Source of the DNA: an uncultured Verrucomicrobiae bacterium
Lineage (GTDB): Bacteria > Verrucomicrobiota > Verrucomicrobiia > Chthoniobacterales > UBA10450
Reading direction: 5' to 3'
Assembly: GCA_963815455.1 (NCBI GenBank)
Contig: CAWFGO010000003.1
Location: 288,001-352,000, forward strand
DNA length: 64,000 bases
In this document: piece after piece, positions 40,709-52,356 of the stretch
Layout: each line of letters begins with the position of its first letter
Numbering within the stretch: the stretch's first letter is position 1
The notes under the pieces: generated by a model
Told to the model about the DNA's origin: nothing
Seen by the model: only the letters and a program-made list of their open reading frames with translations
Databases searched by the model: none
Translations under genes and position numbers: made by a program

Positions 40709-41500
40709 CTACGGCAACTGCTTCAGCAGTTTTTTCCAGCGCTCCCAGGCATCGTCGTGCGCTTTTCTATCGGATTCGCGCACATTGGGATTCGCCGGGT
40801 CGCCCGAACGCATGAACCCGTGGCCCGCGCCTTTGTAAATTACCGGCTCGTATTTTTTCCCGGCGGCTTTCATGAGCTCTTCTCCTCTTGGAATCGTCGC
40901 GTCCACGCGCTCATCGTTCTCCCCGTAGAATCCGTAAACGGGACACACCACCTTCGCCACCTCTGCCGGGTCGTCCAATGCGGTGCCGTAGAAAGAATAG
41001 GCCGCTTTCAGTTTGGAGTTCGTCGTCGCGTACTTGAACGTCCATCCCCCGCCCCAGCAGAAACCGCACACCGCGAGCGTACCGTTGCCGGCGGAAATTT
41101 TCAGCGCGTAGTCGGCAGTCGCGTTAAGATCCGATTCGACCTGTTCTTTAGGCAACGCCGAAATCGCTTTTCGGGACCCGTCCACGTCCTCAAACGTCTG
41201 ACCGCTGAGCAAATCGGGCGCGATGGCGATGACTCCGTTTTCCGCAAGTTCATCGCACAAGCTGCGCACCCAATCGGTGAGTCCGAAGATTTCATGGATA
41301 ACGAGCACCACCGGCGCCTTGTCTTTGCGCTCCGGATAGACCACGAACGCTTTGATGGTGCGATCGCCCGATTTGATTTCAACCCATTCGCCATGACGCG
41401 GCGAACCGTTCAGGCGTTTTTTGCCAAAATCCTTGAATTCCTGCGCCGGCAGTGACTGGACAAGGAAAACCAGGCAAATTCCGATGAGGATGCGTTTCAT
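40709..41500 (-). CDS. Dienelactone hydrolase family protein, secreted
   Basis: Signal peptide, HEIFGL, GFCWGG and GAGHGF motifs. Confidence 0.9.
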   Translation of the reverse strand: MKRILIGICLVFLVQSLPAQEFKDFGKKRLNGSPRHGEWVEIKSGDRTIKAFVVYPERKDKAPVVLVIHEIFGLTDWVRSLCDELAENGVIAIAPDLLSGQTFEDVDGSRKAISALPKEQVESDLNATADYALKISAGNGTLAVCGFCWGGGWTFKYATTNSKLKAAYSFYGTALDDPAEVAKVVCPVYGFYGENDERVDATIPRGEELMKAAGKKYEPVIYKGAGHGFMRSGDPANPNVRESDRKAHDDAWERWKKLLKQLP

Positions 41501-41526
41501 GCCTACGCAGGTGTACGATCCTGTCC

Positions 41527-41943
41527 CTACGCTGTCGATGACGTGCCGGCCCCTTTGGTCATCATCGCATCGACGCTCCACCGGCCCGGGCCATGAAAGA
41601 ACATGAACAGAAATATGAAGCAATAGAGCACAGCCACTTCGCCGTGATTAACAATCGGAATCAAACTGCCGCCGGCGGCGTGAACCATGAAGAACCCAAC
41701 CGCCATTTCGCCCGAAGCGATGAACGCCGCCAAACGGGTGAGAAGTCCAATCGCGATAAGGAGGCCGGCGATAATTTCGATCCAGCCACCGATAGTCATC
41801 ATCATGTTGAGATCATGCGGCGCTTTGTCGGGGGGCGTAAACCAGCCCAGGATCTTTTGGGCGCCATGACAGAAAAACATCAGGCCCACAATCAGCCGCA
41901 TAATGCAAAAGACCGGATCCGCGAAACGATTGAGTGAGTTCAT
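41527..41943 (-). CDS. DoxX family membrane protein
   Basis: RLIVG...HGAQK...GLLTRLAAFIASGEMAV...GPGRWSVD. Confidence 0.9.
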   Translation of the reverse strand: MNSLNRFADPVFCIMRLIVGLMFFCHGAQKILGWFTPPDKAPHDLNMMMTIGGWIEIIAGLLIAIGLLTRLAAFIASGEMAVGFFMVHAAGGSLIPIVNHGEVAVLYCFIFLFMFFHGPGRWSVDAMMTKGAGTSSTA

Positions 41944-42010
41944 GGCCGGCAGGCTGAACGATTTCGATCGGCACTGTCAAGCCAATCGCGTTTGCCGACG
42001 CCCCACCCGC

Positions 42011-42123
42011 TGTCATCCTGAGCAGAGTCGAAGGATCCCGATGAATCAGCTTTAAGCTCCCGTCTCGGGAATCCTCCCGCCTTCGCAACGCTACTGCGCG
42101 GCAGGCGACTCCGCTCGGAATGG
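42011..42123. repeat. GTCATCC(T/C)GAGC-family repeat carrying a nested 31-bp element (42076-42106)
   Basis: The right arm ATCCT^GACTCCGCTCGGAATG is interrupted by CCCGCCTTCGCAACGCTACTGCGCGGCAGGC. Confidence 0.8.
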
Positions 42124-42145
42124 CGGGCACAGACGATTGTCGATC

Positions 42146-43386
42146 CTAAGCGGCGAGTTCGAGCTTTTCGCGGGAGATACCCCGCAATTCAAACAACCGG
42201 ATCAAAGTTTCCTCGATCAAATTGTTCGGACAGGAGGCACCGGCGGTGATGCCGACCACGGCCGGGCCGCTCGGCAGCCAGAAATGGGAAACGACTTCGC
42301 GTTTCTCGTGCAAGTTGTAATGCTTGATCTCGCTGGTAGAAACCAGCCGGGAAGCATTCAATACAAAATAGGTCGGCAATTTTTCCTCGCCCATCTCGGC
42401 CAGATGCGACGTATTCGAGCTGTTGTAACCGCCCACGACAAGGAGCAGGTCCATATTCACGCCGAGCAGCTCGCGTAACGCGTCCTGGCGTTCCTGAGTC
42501 GCGCCGCAAATGGTGTCGAAGAAACGAAAATGGTTTTCCGCGAGCTCGGGGCCGTCCCGATCGACAATCGCCTGGCGGACTCGCCGCTGCACTTCCTCGG
42601 TTTCGCCTCGCAACATCGTGGTTTGATTGGCCACGCCGACTGTTCGCAGGTGAACGTCAGGATCGAACCCGGGCGAATATGCGCCGCTGAAATTTTTCGA
42701 GGAATGCCTGCTTGTCGCCGCCGTGGCGGATGTAATCGCAAACGTAATCCGTATCGGCCAGCGTGAGGACGACGAGATAATGTCCATTGCCGTCACCTAG
42801 CGCGCGGGAACTGGTGGCCTTTGTCTCTTCGTGTTCGGCCTTGCCGTGAATGATGGAAGTGGCCGATTCGCTGGCATATTTGCGGACGCGTTTCCAGACG
42901 CTCATCACGTCGCCGCAAGTGGTATCGACGATCTGGCAGCCGCGATCTTTGATTTGCTGCTGGATCGACAATTCGGTTCCAAACGCCGGCACGATCACGA
43001 CGTCGTCGGGGCCGAGCTCGGATATGTCCGCCTGCTTGTTTTCACCGGTGAGATTCTTGATGCCGAGCGACGATATTTGTTCGTTTACCTCCGGATTGTG
43101 AATGATTTCGCCCACGATGAAGAGACGGCGATCTTTGAAAACCTTGCGCGCGGCATAGGCGAGATCGATCGCGCGCTCGACGCCGTAACAAAATCCGAAT
43201 TGCTTGGCCAGGCGCACGGTTGTGTCCCCCACTGAAATGGTGCCGCCCGTACGCCGGATCTTTTCCACAATATCGCTGCGGTAATGCGATTCGACCTGCT
43301 GCTGGACCGCAGCCATCACATCCGGCGTACGCAGGTTGACCTTTCTCGCGGGCAGTTGTGCCGCTGGAAATCAGGTTCGTGCTCAT
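42146..43386 (-). CDS. ispH: 4-hydroxy-3-methylbut-2-enyl diphosphate reductase (2 frameshifts)
   Basis: FGFCYGVERAI, EIIHNP, DTTC, TICGATQERQ, GGYNSSNT and GITAGASCP motifs. Confidence 0.95.
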
Positions 43387-43455
43387 GACTTGGTAACGAT
43401 AGCACGTGCCGGCCGCTTTTCAGAGGCCGGCAATTTCGTCCCTTCCAAATGCAGT

Positions 43456-44076
43456 TTACTGGTCAACCAGTAACGGCCCGGGCGGATCCTTGAACCAGCT
43501 GTCCGACATCAGCGCTGAGCGTGGCGGATTCGGGTCCCGGCTTTGATCGATCCGCAGGATCTTGTTACCGAATTTTTGGTCTTCGGGAAGCGACGTAGCA
43601 ATGTCCACCGGCGTGCCGATTCGCGTCAGCGCGAAAAGTCGAGCCGCGGCCTCGCGATGCAGCCGAACGCAGCCGTGTGTGCGGGGCTGCGCCCAGACGA
43701 ATCCTTCGTGAAATCCGTAAGCCGGGGCGAACTCGCACCAGTAGGCCATCGGATAACCGGCATCCGGCTCGCTCACGCGGCGTTTGTTTTTGATCTTGTT
43801 GTAAATGGTGAAATGCCCGTGAGGGGTCGCCGCGCCACCTCGGCCGACGTTGGCCTGCGCAGCCATGAGCAATCGGTCGCCTTCCATGACGTAGAGGCTC
43901 TGGGTGGAAGTCGAGAGTTTCACTCGCACTTTTGACGGGTCGTGCGGCCGATAGGCCACAACGTGGTAAGAACTCCCTCCTCTGTAGCCCATCCCTCCGC
44001 TGCCAGTTTCGCAACCGGTAAGCAGTGAAATCGCCACGGCGCCGCCTAACAAAACAAACGGGGAAACGATCTTCAT
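43456..44076 (-). CDS. L,D-transpeptidase family lipoprotein
   Basis: Lipobox LTGC and YGFHEG...THGCVRL motif. Confidence 0.88.
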   Translation of the reverse strand: MKIVSPFVLLGGAVAISLLTGCETGSGGMGYRGGSSYHVVAYRPHDPSKVRVKLSTSTQSLYVMEGDRLLMAAQANVGRGGAATPHGHFTIYNKIKNKRRVSEPDAGYPMAYWCEFAPAYGFHEGFVWAQPRTHGCVRLHREAAARLFALTRIGTPVDIATSLPEDQKFGNKILRIDQSRDPNPPRSALMSDSWFKDPPGPLLVDQ

Positions 44077-44146
44077 AGTGGCCGATACTGGAAAAGGACC
44101 GGAGGGTTTTGTCAACTTACCGCTGCCTGGCGATGTCGATCTATCT

Positions 44147-45184
44147 TTAGGTCAGGTCGTAGCTGGGATCTTTGGCAGCGCGGCCGGGGTCATCGACCCC
44201 GGCTACAGTTTGGTCTCGAATCAATCGATGAAATTTGGGCGAAAACTTCGCATAGAACGGATAACGTCGTTTCGGATTCGCCGGCCGGTAACGCCAAAGC
44301 TTGTACATCCACAACCACGGGGCCGGGTCTTTGCGCACGTAGGGCTCAAACGAATCCCAGCATGCTTGTGCAATCTCCTGCTGCGTTTTTCCCGCGACAT
44401 TGTCGATCTTCGAATGGAAAACGACACGATAACGACCATCCGGCAGCGGCTGGCAATGCACGGGAATAATCGGGACGCCAGTCTGTTCGCGGAGCCAGAC
44501 GTGCGCGGAGGTCACGCTCGTTTTTAATCCAAAGACATCGATCGCGACCGCGCCCTGGTTTGGCGGCACGCTAAGATCGACCAGCATCGCTGTCGCGCCT
44601 TTGCGCCGAAGCGCTTTGTAAAGCCGAATGATCCCGCGCTCGCGGGGAATGAATTCATGGCCGCATCGCTCGCGAAGCTTCTTAAAGATCGGATCCAATA
44701 ACGGATTCTTAAATTCTTGCGCGATAATTGTCCCGGTCACGCCGGCGAAACCGCTGGCCAGGCTGAACCATTCGAAATTGCTGTAGTGATAGGTCGCCGC
44801 AATGAAACTGCGATCGGGGCCGCTGGTCCGGGCGATTTCATCGAAGTTTTCCATCTCGATGTAACGGGAGAAATTTTCGGCAGTCAGACGCGCACTCCAT
44901 AGAAGATCGAGCATGGTTCGGGCAAAATGTTGAAACGATTCGCGAGCGATTTGCTCGCGCTGCGCGTTCGAGAACCGATCGCCAAACGCGGCCTCCAGGT
45001 TGCTCATGGCCACTTCGCGTCCTTCCCGATCGAAGATCGACATCAGCGTTCCGAGAACATTCGCTAGCCGGGAACAGCTCTTACGCGAGAGCAGCGGAAC
45101 CAGTTTTGACGCCAGGAAAAGCCCTATCCACTCAAGCCGGTAACGAAGCCGCTTCCATGGCGAACGCATTCTGGATGTAACCAT
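44147..45184 (-). CDS. Lipid A late acyltransferase (LpxL/lysophospholipid acyltransferase family)
   Basis: NLEAAF, HYSNFE and PAPWLWMYKLWR motifs. The C-terminus reads through a REP at 44159-44207. Confidence 0.85.
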   Translation of the reverse strand: MVTSRMRSPWKRLRYRLEWIGLFLASKLVPLLSRKSCSRLANVLGTLMSIFDREGREVAMSNLEAAFGDRFSNAQREQIARESFQHFARTMLDLLWSARLTAENFSRYIEMENFDEIARTSGPDRSFIAATYHYSNFEWFSLASGFAGVTGTIIAQEFKNPLLDPIFKKLRERCGHEFIPRERGIIRLYKALRRKGATAMLVDLSVPPNQGAVAIDVFGLKTSVTSAHVWLREQTGVPIIPVHCQPLPDGRYRVVFHSKIDNVAGKTQQEIAQACWDSFEPYVRKDPAPWLWMYKLWRYRPANPKRRYPFYAKFSPKFHRLIRDQTVAGVDDPGRAAKDPSYDLT

Positions 45185-45306
45185 GCCTTTTCCAAAACGC
45201 CAGACATCAAAGTAGAGACAGCGCTCTGTCGCCATGCTTCCGGAGGGACGTGCTTCTGCACGTCCTGGACTCGCCGCGGCGAGTCCCTCCGATCGGAAAC
45301 CGAAAA

Positions 45307-46441
45307 TCAGTAGGCCGGAGCGTTGGTCCAGAATACCGTCGCGCCGCCGGCCGTCCTGGCTTTTCGAATCACCATGGCGCTTCCAGCCGGGATCACGTCA
45401 TCGCCATGATCGGCCGAACCGTCACCGATCAGTTTCCAGCCCGCCTTCTTGCCGGGGCCTTCACTATAGTAGTACACAGCGCTGGGCTGCTTATCGAAGG
45501 CGGCCTGGGAATTGTCGAAGACCAGAAGCTGATCCTTAATCGCCAGCTTGGTCTCTCTATTCAGCTGCATCGGCGGCGTCGCCACAAAAGAGCCGTCGGC
45601 TGGGCCCAGCCCGGTCTGGTTCAAAGTCACATCTACCGGGCGCACCATCGACACCGCATTATCCTGAAACCCGCTGGCCGAGGTCCGCAGCGCCGTGGCC
45701 AGTTTCTTGGTCAGCACCGCGCCGATCCCCTTCAAGGGAAGCGTGGGCGCGCCATTCATGTTACGCACAATAAAATAATTGTTCGCGACCAGGGGATCAT
45801 CGCCGTGATCGGTCGTGTTATTACCCACCAGACGCCATCCGACGTTGTTCGTCGTGCCGTTGACATTGTTGCTAAAGAAATAGGTCGTAACGGGAAGATT
45901 AGTTCCAACCGCGGCATTATTCGGCACCAAAATCTGAGTTTTATAACTCGCGGTAGAAGTCGTGGGGGTGAAAGACACATTGGCATCGGTAGGCGGGAAA
46001 AATCGTGGCCGGCGTCCAATAGGGAATCAGTATCAGCTGGGTGTTGGCGGTGATCCCGGTGAGATTGTCCGTGGTCGTATTAACCGTCAGAGTGTTCGAG
46101 CCATTGGCGGTGACAGGGTAGGTGTGGCCTTCTTTGGGATTCGATGCGCCGCCCGCGCCGATGAGCACGTAATACGTTTTCGGTTGCGAGCCCGCGGCAT
46201 AAACGAATTGATTCGTGGTCCATCCGGGCGTGCCGGCAACCGTGATCACGCTGCCGGCAACCGATTGAATCGCTCCGGTAAACTCCGGCGGACGAGTGAA
46301 AGGAATCGAGAGCAACGTGTCGGAATTGGACAGGCTCGTCGCGGTCGTAAACCCTACCGGATCGGTGGTGGCGCTTTGAGGAGTGGCCGTGTCCGACAAG
46401 AGGAGCGTGATCGCTGCAACAGCTAAGAAAAATTGGCGCAT
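45307..46441 (-). CDS. TIGR02597-like Verrucomicrobia secreted protein (frameshift near 45990)
   Basis: Signal peptide, ATTDPVGF...SIPFTRP, IPYWTPATIFP, FIVRN and MVIRK motifs across ORFs 45941..46441 and 45307..45978. Confidence 0.7.
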
Positions 46442-46602
46442 TAAAGAAGATTGGGAACGAAGCCGAGCTTAGAACCCTGGGGAAAAAGCTCAAGAAAATT
46501 CCGGCTACGAGCTTCGGATTAAGCTCGGGCTCGACGGTGCAAAATTGACTTGGCCTTCTTCGATCCTAGGTTGAAGCTTCGCCCGCGCGTGGAGCCTCGA
46601 TC

Positions 46603-48396
46603 GTGAAAAGCGTTCTCTTTGTTTGCACCGGAAATATCTGCCGCAGCCCCATTGCCGAGGGGCTTTTCCGCCAAATGCTGGGCAATCGCAAGGACATCGA
46701 AGTCGCTTCCGCCGGCGTCCACGCCGTCCGGGGTCAGCCACCCAGTCTCTACGCCGTGCAAGTGGCCGATCGCGAAGGCGCCGATATCAGCGGTTTGCGC
46801 AGCCAGCCGCTCACAGCCGCGCTGGTCGATCAGGCCACCCATATTTTCGGAATGACCGGGGCCCATCTCGAGACGATCCATGTGCTCTTCCCCAATGGCG
46901 CCGAAAAATCGTTCCTGCTCCGCGAGTTCGAACAGCCCGGGGCAACGGTCTGGCGCGATGTGCCGGACCCGATTGGCATGGGTTACGATGTCTATGAAGA
47001 TTGCGCCCGCATCATCAAAAACGCTTTACCGAGCGTGCTGGCCTTCGTAGAACAAGGCGAGCTTGCCCCCGCGTCGCGCGTTAGTCGGGCGGCTCCTTAT
47101 TTTATGAGCGAGCGTCCTCAACCCATCGAAACCGCGCCGACAGGATCGACATCGTCTTCCGGCGGCGCGCTGCGCAAAGTCGATCCGGAAATTTTCGATG
47201 CCATTCAGGCCGAGGAAAAACGGCAGCGGGAAAACATTGAGCTGATCGCCTCGGAAAATTTCACCAGCCGCGCGGTGATGGAAGCGCAAGGCAGCTGTCT
47301 GACCAACAAGTACGCCGAAGGGTATCCGAGAAAGCGCTGGTATGGCGGTTGCGAGAATGTCGATGTTGCTGAGCAGCTTGCCATCGATCGAGCGAAACGT
47401 TTGTTCGGCTGCGAACACGTCAATGTTCAGCCCCACAGCGGCGCCCAGGCCAACATGGCGGTTTACTTCTCGATGCTAAAACCGGGCGATAAAATTCTGG
47501 CGATGAACCTGGCCCACGGCGGACACCTCACGCACGGACATCCGGCCAATTTTTCCGGTAAGTTTTACACGGTTTCGCAATACGGCGTGAGCGAGAAAAC
47601 CGAGCAGATCGATTACGACGCGTTGCAAAAACAAGCCGAGGAAGTGAAGCCGGTAATGATCACCGCCGGCGCGTCGGCCTACCCGCGCATTATTGATTTC
47701 CCGCGGCTGCGCCAGATCGCCGATTCCGTCGGCGCGATCTTATTCATCGACATGGCGCATATCGCCGGACTGGTCGCTGGCGGCCAGCATCCGACCCCGA
47801 TTCCGCACGCCCAATTTGTCACGACGACCACGCACAAAAGTTTGCGCGGGCCGCGCGGCGGGATTGTCATGTGCCAGGAGCAATTCGCCAAGCAAATCGA
47901 CGCCACGGTTTTCCCCGGAGTTCAGGGCGGCCCGCTGATGCACGTGATCGCGGCTAAAGCGGTTTGTTTTCACGAAGCGCTCCAGCCGCAGTTTCGCGAT
48001 TATCAGCGGCAAGTCGTTGTGAATGCCAAAGCGCTCGCCGCCGGTTTGGCCAAACACGGTTACCGGATCGTATCCGGCGGCACCGATAATCATCTGATGC
48101 TTGTCGATCTTCGCCCGAAGGAAATTAACGGCAAAGAAGCTCAGGAAGTCCTCGATCGGGCCGGGATCACCGTAAACAAGAACGGGATTCCATTCGATAC
48201 CTATCCGATTTTCAAACCCGGCGGCATCCGCGTCGGCACACCGGCTGTGACCACGCGCGGAATGAAAGAGGAAGAAATGCTTGAGATTGCAGATTTGATT
48301 GCCGAAGCGCTGGAGAAGCGCACCGACGCCGACGCGTTAGAGCGGGTTCGAGCCAAGGTGCGCGAACTCACCCGAAGATTCCCGCTGCCGTCATGA
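46603..48396 (+). CDS. glyA: Low-molecular-weight protein phosphatase domain fused to serine hydroxymethyltransferase
   Basis: One 597-aa [14 protein letters not shown]...DVPDP (LMWPc), then [14 protein letters not shown] and [14 protein letters not shown] (SHMT). Confidence 0.93.
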   Translation: MKSVLFVCTGNICRSPIAEGLFRQMLGNRKDIEVASAGVHAVRGQPPSLYAVQVADREGADISGLRSQPLTAALVDQATHIFGMTGAHLETIHVLFPNGAEKSFLLREFEQPGATVWRDVPDPIGMGYDVYEDCARIIKNALPSVLAFVEQGELAPASRVSRAAPYFMSERPQPIETAPTGSTSSSGGALRKVDPEIFDAIQAEEKRQRENIELIASENFTSRAVMEAQGSCLTNKYAEGYPRKRWYGGCENVDVAEQLAIDRAKRLFGCEHVNVQPHSGAQANMAVYFSMLKPGDKILAMNLAHGGHLTHGHPANFSGKFYTVSQYGVSEKTEQIDYDALQKQAEEVKPVMITAGASAYPRIIDFPRLRQIADSVGAILFIDMAHIAGLVAGGQHPTPIPHAQFVTTTTHKSLRGPRGGIVMCQEQFAKQIDATVFPGVQGGPLMHVIAAKAVCFHEALQPQFRDYQRQVVVNAKALAAGLAKHGYRIVSGGTDNHLMLVDLRPKEINGKEAQEVLDRAGITVNKNGIPFDTYPIFKPGGIRVGTPAVTTRGMKEEEMLEIADLIAEALEKRTDADALERVRAKVRELTRRFPLPS

Positions 48397-49935
48397 ATCG
48401 AGCGGCCGATCAACCGCAGTTGAATCCGTTACGCGAGGGCATCTCCTCGCGCTCCGTGCCGCAGCCATGCACCGTGGTCATTTTTGGCGCGACCGGCGAT
48501 CTCACCCACCGCAAGCTCGTGCCGGCGCTGTACAATCTCGCCGCCGACGGCGAATTGCCGCCGGCCGTTACCGTGGTCGGTTTCGCCCGGCGCGAGAAAA
48601 GCGACGACGATTTCCGCCGCGAGATGGAAGAAGCGACCCGAAAATTTTCGCGCCAGGCTGTGCGCGACGAGATTTGGAACACATTTGGGCAATCTATTTT
48701 TTATCACCAGAGCGAGTTTGGAGACGAAGCCGGCTACAGGAGTTTGGCCAAACGCCTGGACAAGATCGACAAGGAACGCGGCACGCGCGGCAACCGGCTT
48801 TTCTACCTGGCGGTCGCGCCTGACCAATTTGAACCAATCATAAAAAATCTGAAAGCCGCCGGTTTGAATGACGCCTGCAAGGGAAGCTGGGCCCGGGTGA
48901 TCGTCGAAAAACCGTTCGGGACCGATCTGGCTTCGGCGCGGGAGCTGAATCGCGTCGTCGACCATGCCTTCTCCGAAGAACAGACCTACCGGATCGATCA
49001 TTTTCTCGGCAAAGAAACCGCGCAGAACATTTTGGTGTTGCGCTTCGCCAACGCGATTTTCGCTCCGCTCTGGAACCGGCGGTACATCGATCATCTGCAA
49101 ATTACCGCTTCGGAAACGCTCGGCGTGGAAGGCCGGGCCGGTTATTACGAAGGCGCCGGCGCGTTGCGCGACATGGTGCAAAATCATTTGCTCCAACTTC
49201 TTTGCCTCGTCACCATGGAAGCGCCTACTGATCTGAGCGCGGATAGCATTCGCGACGAAAAGGTGAAAGTCGTCCGATCGCTTCGCCATTTTGCCCAGAA
49301 CGACGTGGGCAAACACGTGATCCGCGGCCAATACGCCGAGGGCGCGATCAACGGCAAACCGGTCCCTGGTTATCGCGCGGAAAAGAATGTCGATCCTAAA
49401 TCGATGACGGAAACGTTCGTGGCCCTGCGGCTCAACATCGACAACTGGCGTTTTTGGGACGTGCCGATCTATATGCGGGTCGGCAAGCGGCTCCCGAAAT
49501 CCGGCACCGAGATCTCAGTTCATTTCAAGAAGGCGCCGGCCGTTCTTTTTAACAAGGAACTGACCGATCAGAACGTGCTGGTGATTCGGATCCAACCCGA
49601 TGAAGGAATGTCGCTGCGGATGCACGCCAAGGTGCCGGGCACGAGTTTTCGAGTCGAGCCGGTCAAGATGGATTTCCACTACGGAACGTCGTTCGGCAAA
49701 GCCAGCCCGGAAGCGTACGAACGTTTGCTTCTCGATGCCATGAGCGGCGATGCCACGCTGTTCGCCCGCCGCGACGAAGTTGAAGAAGCCTGGGCTTTCA
49801 TCGACATCATCGAGAATGCCTGGGCCGCAAAAAAGGACGCCGCCGGAATTGTTCTTTTATCCGGCCGGTTCATGGGGTCCGGACGCAGCCGACGAATTAC
49901 TGGCCCGTGATGGACAGGCGTGGAGAAGATTGTGA
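48393..49935 (+). CDS. zwf: Glucose-6-phosphate dehydrogenase (3' frameshift)
   Basis: GATGDL, EKPFG and RIDHFLGKE motifs. The tail YPAGSWGP...WRRL* is in a shifted frame ending at 49935. Confidence 0.96.
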
Positions 49936-49938
49936 GCC

Positions 49939-50997
49939 ATGCCCGCTGTTGCTGAGACATACTCGCTCGGAACTCCAGTCGAGATCGGCAAGATCGGCAA
50001 GGAGCTAAAAAAACTCTGGGACCAGGGCGAAGGCGCGATGACTCGTGCCTCGCTGATGAATCTCGCAGTTTATGGCGAGAAGCCCGGTTCGTTGGAGAAA
50101 AACACGCAGTTGATTGCAAAGATCACAGAGAATCATCTCTGTCGCGCGATCGTGGTCGAGGCCGATTGCAGTTCGAAGGAGGATCGCGTCGAAGCATGGG
50201 TCAGCACCCATTGCCACGTTGGGGGCGCCGGGGGCAAGCAAGTTTGCTCGGAACAAATCTCTTTTCGCCTGGAGGGCTCGTGCGCGGATCTATTGCCAAG
50301 CATTCTTCTTTCCCACCTCGATTCCGATCTGCCGTTTTATCTTTGGTGGCAGGGCGAGCTGCACGATCCGATGGACGCGCAGCTTTGGGCCTGGGTGGAC
50401 CGGTTCATTTACGATTCGCAAACCTGGAAAAATTTCGACGAGCAACTCCGCCTGGTCGAGACCGCGCAGGAGGAAGCCAAACAGCGGATTATTCTTTGCG
50501 ATTTGAACTGGACCCGCCTGGACAAAATCCGTTACGCGTTTGCCCAGTTCTTCGATCATCCCGCTTCCCTTCATCATTTTGCCGAGATTGAGAACGCTCA
50601 AATCGACTTCGCGCCCGGATTCAGATCGACCGCGTTGCTCCTGGCCGGCTGGCTCGGGGCCCAATTGAACTGGCGCGCGGAGAAGACAAGCAGCGCAAAC
50701 AAGATTCAATTCGTGGACGGAAGCGGGCGCAAGATCGACATCGATCTGCGCGAAAATGGCCGCGATCCAATCGAGAAGATCGTTCTTAACTCCGGCGGGA
50801 TAGAATTTTTCGTCGGCCCGGCTAAATGCGGCGATCTTCTCGAAGTCTGGCGCACAGGCCGCGGCCAGAAGGCCGTTCCGCAAATGATGCCGGCCCAAAG
50901 CAACGATCTGGTGAGTCTGATGAGTCAGGAATTAATGCGCGGCGGCCCGCATCGTGTTTATCTCCACGCCATCAATTGCGTTCGCGCGTTGCTGTAG
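49939..50997 (+). CDS. opcA: G6PDH assembly protein OpcA
   Basis: Follows zwf. Motifs RASLMNL, CSEQI, DLPFYLWW and DLNWTRL. Confidence 0.88.
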   Translation: MPAVAETYSLGTPVEIGKIGKELKKLWDQGEGAMTRASLMNLAVYGEKPGSLEKNTQLIAKITENHLCRAIVVEADCSSKEDRVEAWVSTHCHVGGAGGKQVCSEQISFRLEGSCADLLPSILLSHLDSDLPFYLWWQGELHDPMDAQLWAWVDRFIYDSQTWKNFDEQLRLVETAQEEAKQRIILCDLNWTRLDKIRYAFAQFFDHPASLHHFAEIENAQIDFAPGFRSTALLLAGWLGAQLNWRAEKTSSANKIQFVDGSGRKIDIDLRENGRDPIEKIVLNSGGIEFFVGPAKCGDLLEVWRTGRGQKAVPQMMPAQSNDLVSLMSQELMRGGPHRVYLHAINCVRALL

Positions 50998-51019
50998 CCG
51001 CGGACGCTGACCGCGGCAA

Positions 51020-51727
51020 TTATCGTTCCAGAAGAAATTGTATCCGAGGCCTGGACGGAGACGGATCAGTCGCCGTCTTGAAATCTGTGCAGCATTGAAC
51101 GATGGCAAGACCGACCGAGTGGGCTAGTTCTTTCATTTGCTGTGGCGTGAACAATTGCCATTCGAATTGTTCCCGATCGCCATCTGGATATTCGAGATGC
51201 ACGAATAACCGCTCGCCATCGACATGTTTATTTTCTCGAACAATTCCGCGGGGCGTTTCTAATTCGCGCTGGCCCTGATGGGCGGCGAAAAACTCAGGAT
51301 TCCACAAATCGAGAATCACCCGCCCGCCTTCGCGAACACTTCTCGCCAGCCGATCAATAACATCGCGATTCGTTTCCGAATCGAAGTAACCAAAGCTTTG
51401 AGACATAACAATCACGACGTCGAACGCGCCCTGCTCCGGACGGTATTCGCGAATGTCCGCATGGACATAGCTTGGCCCGCCACCCAGTTTGCGCGCCTCT
51501 GCGATAGCCGCTGCATCGCGGTCGATGCCGATGACTGAATAACCCCGGACCGAAAGCGCCCGGGCATGTCGCCCCGTGCCGCAGCACACATCGGCAAGTT
51601 TGCGGAAATCGGGCAGCGGCGCCCAAGAGCAGACAAACATCGCCTCTTGAACGGTCCGCGATTCGTCAATCCCGACGTGGAAGAAATCAAACCATCGAGA
51701 CGAATACACATTGGGTTCTGCGGTCAT
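51020..51727 (-). CDS. Class I SAM-dependent methyltransferase
   Basis: DVCCGTGRH, FDVV and SFGYF motifs. Confidence 0.85.
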   Translation of the reverse strand: MTAEPNVYSSRWFDFFHVGIDESRTVQEAMFVCSWAPLPDFRKLADVCCGTGRHARALSVRGYSVIGIDRDAAAIAEARKLGGGPSYVHADIREYRPEQGAFDVVIVMSQSFGYFDSETNRDVIDRLARSVREGGRVILDLWNPEFFAAHQGQRELETPRGIVRENKHVDGERLFVHLEYPDGDREQFEWQLFTPQQMKELAHSVGLAIVQCCTDFKTATDPSPSRPRIQFLLER

Positions 51728-51742
51728 TGATCGTTTGGCGTT

Positions 51743-52258
51743 TCACGTCCGGCTCGGACCGATGACATATTTTGCGAATTGCATTTCCCAGCAGCGCACA
51801 TTTTCGCTAAAGCGCAGACCGGCCTTCTCCAAAACGCGCACGGAAGCAATGTTCTCCGGCATCACCAGACCGATGATGTGTTCCAGCGCGAGATCAGCGA
51901 GCCCGAAACGAACGACGGCGATCGCGGCTTCGGTGGCGAACCCAAAGCCCCATCGATTGCGAACCAAACGATACCCAATCTCGACCTCACCGAGCTCCTC
52001 CAGATATTTCAGGCCGGAAAAGCCAATATGCTCTCCAGTGCTCTTGAGAATGCAGGCCCAGCGTCCGAATCCGTACTTCCGGTAATCGGCCATCGGATTG
52101 GCCAGCAAGATCTCCCGGGCCTGATCAACATTCTGCAAGACCGCATTGGGGGTGAATCGCACCACCTCCGGATCGCTGTTCAACTGGAAGAACGCCTCAG
52201 CGTCATCCTCGACATACTCTCGCAGAAATAATCGGTCGGTCTCGAGAACCACCTTCAT
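51743..52258 (-). CDS. GNAT (RimJ/RimL-like) N-acetyltransferase
   Basis: LETDRLFLR, EIGY...WGFGFATEA and NIASVRVLEKAG motifs. Confidence 0.9.
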   Translation of the reverse strand: MKVVLETDRLFLREYVEDDAEAFFQLNSDPEVVRFTPNAVLQNVDQAREILLANPMADYRKYGFGRWACILKSTGEHIGFSGLKYLEELGEVEIGYRLVRNRWGFGFATEAAIAVVRFGLADLALEHIIGLVMPENIASVRVLEKAGLRFSENVRCWEMQFAKYVIGPSRT

Positions 52259-52321
52259 TCAACGCTTCTTAACCACAAATGAACACCAATGAACACGAAT
52301 TTGAGGGAAAAGAAGAGTGCG

Positions 52322-52349
52322 TTGACACCAGGTCCGATAAATGTAGTCT
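52322..52349 (+). promoter_or_regulatory. Putative sigma70 promoter (leaderless) for the aldo/keto reductase
   Basis: TTGACA-N16-TAGTCT ending 7 nt before ATG 52357. Confidence 0.5.
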
Positions 52350-52356
52350 GCGTTTG

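Noticed and set aside
52271..52301. AACCACAAATGAACACCAATGAACACGAAT short tandem motif, and other singletons at 30350-30455 and 45241-45291
   Set aside because: They look like further dispersed-repeat families but occur only once each in this window, so a family cannot be shown.
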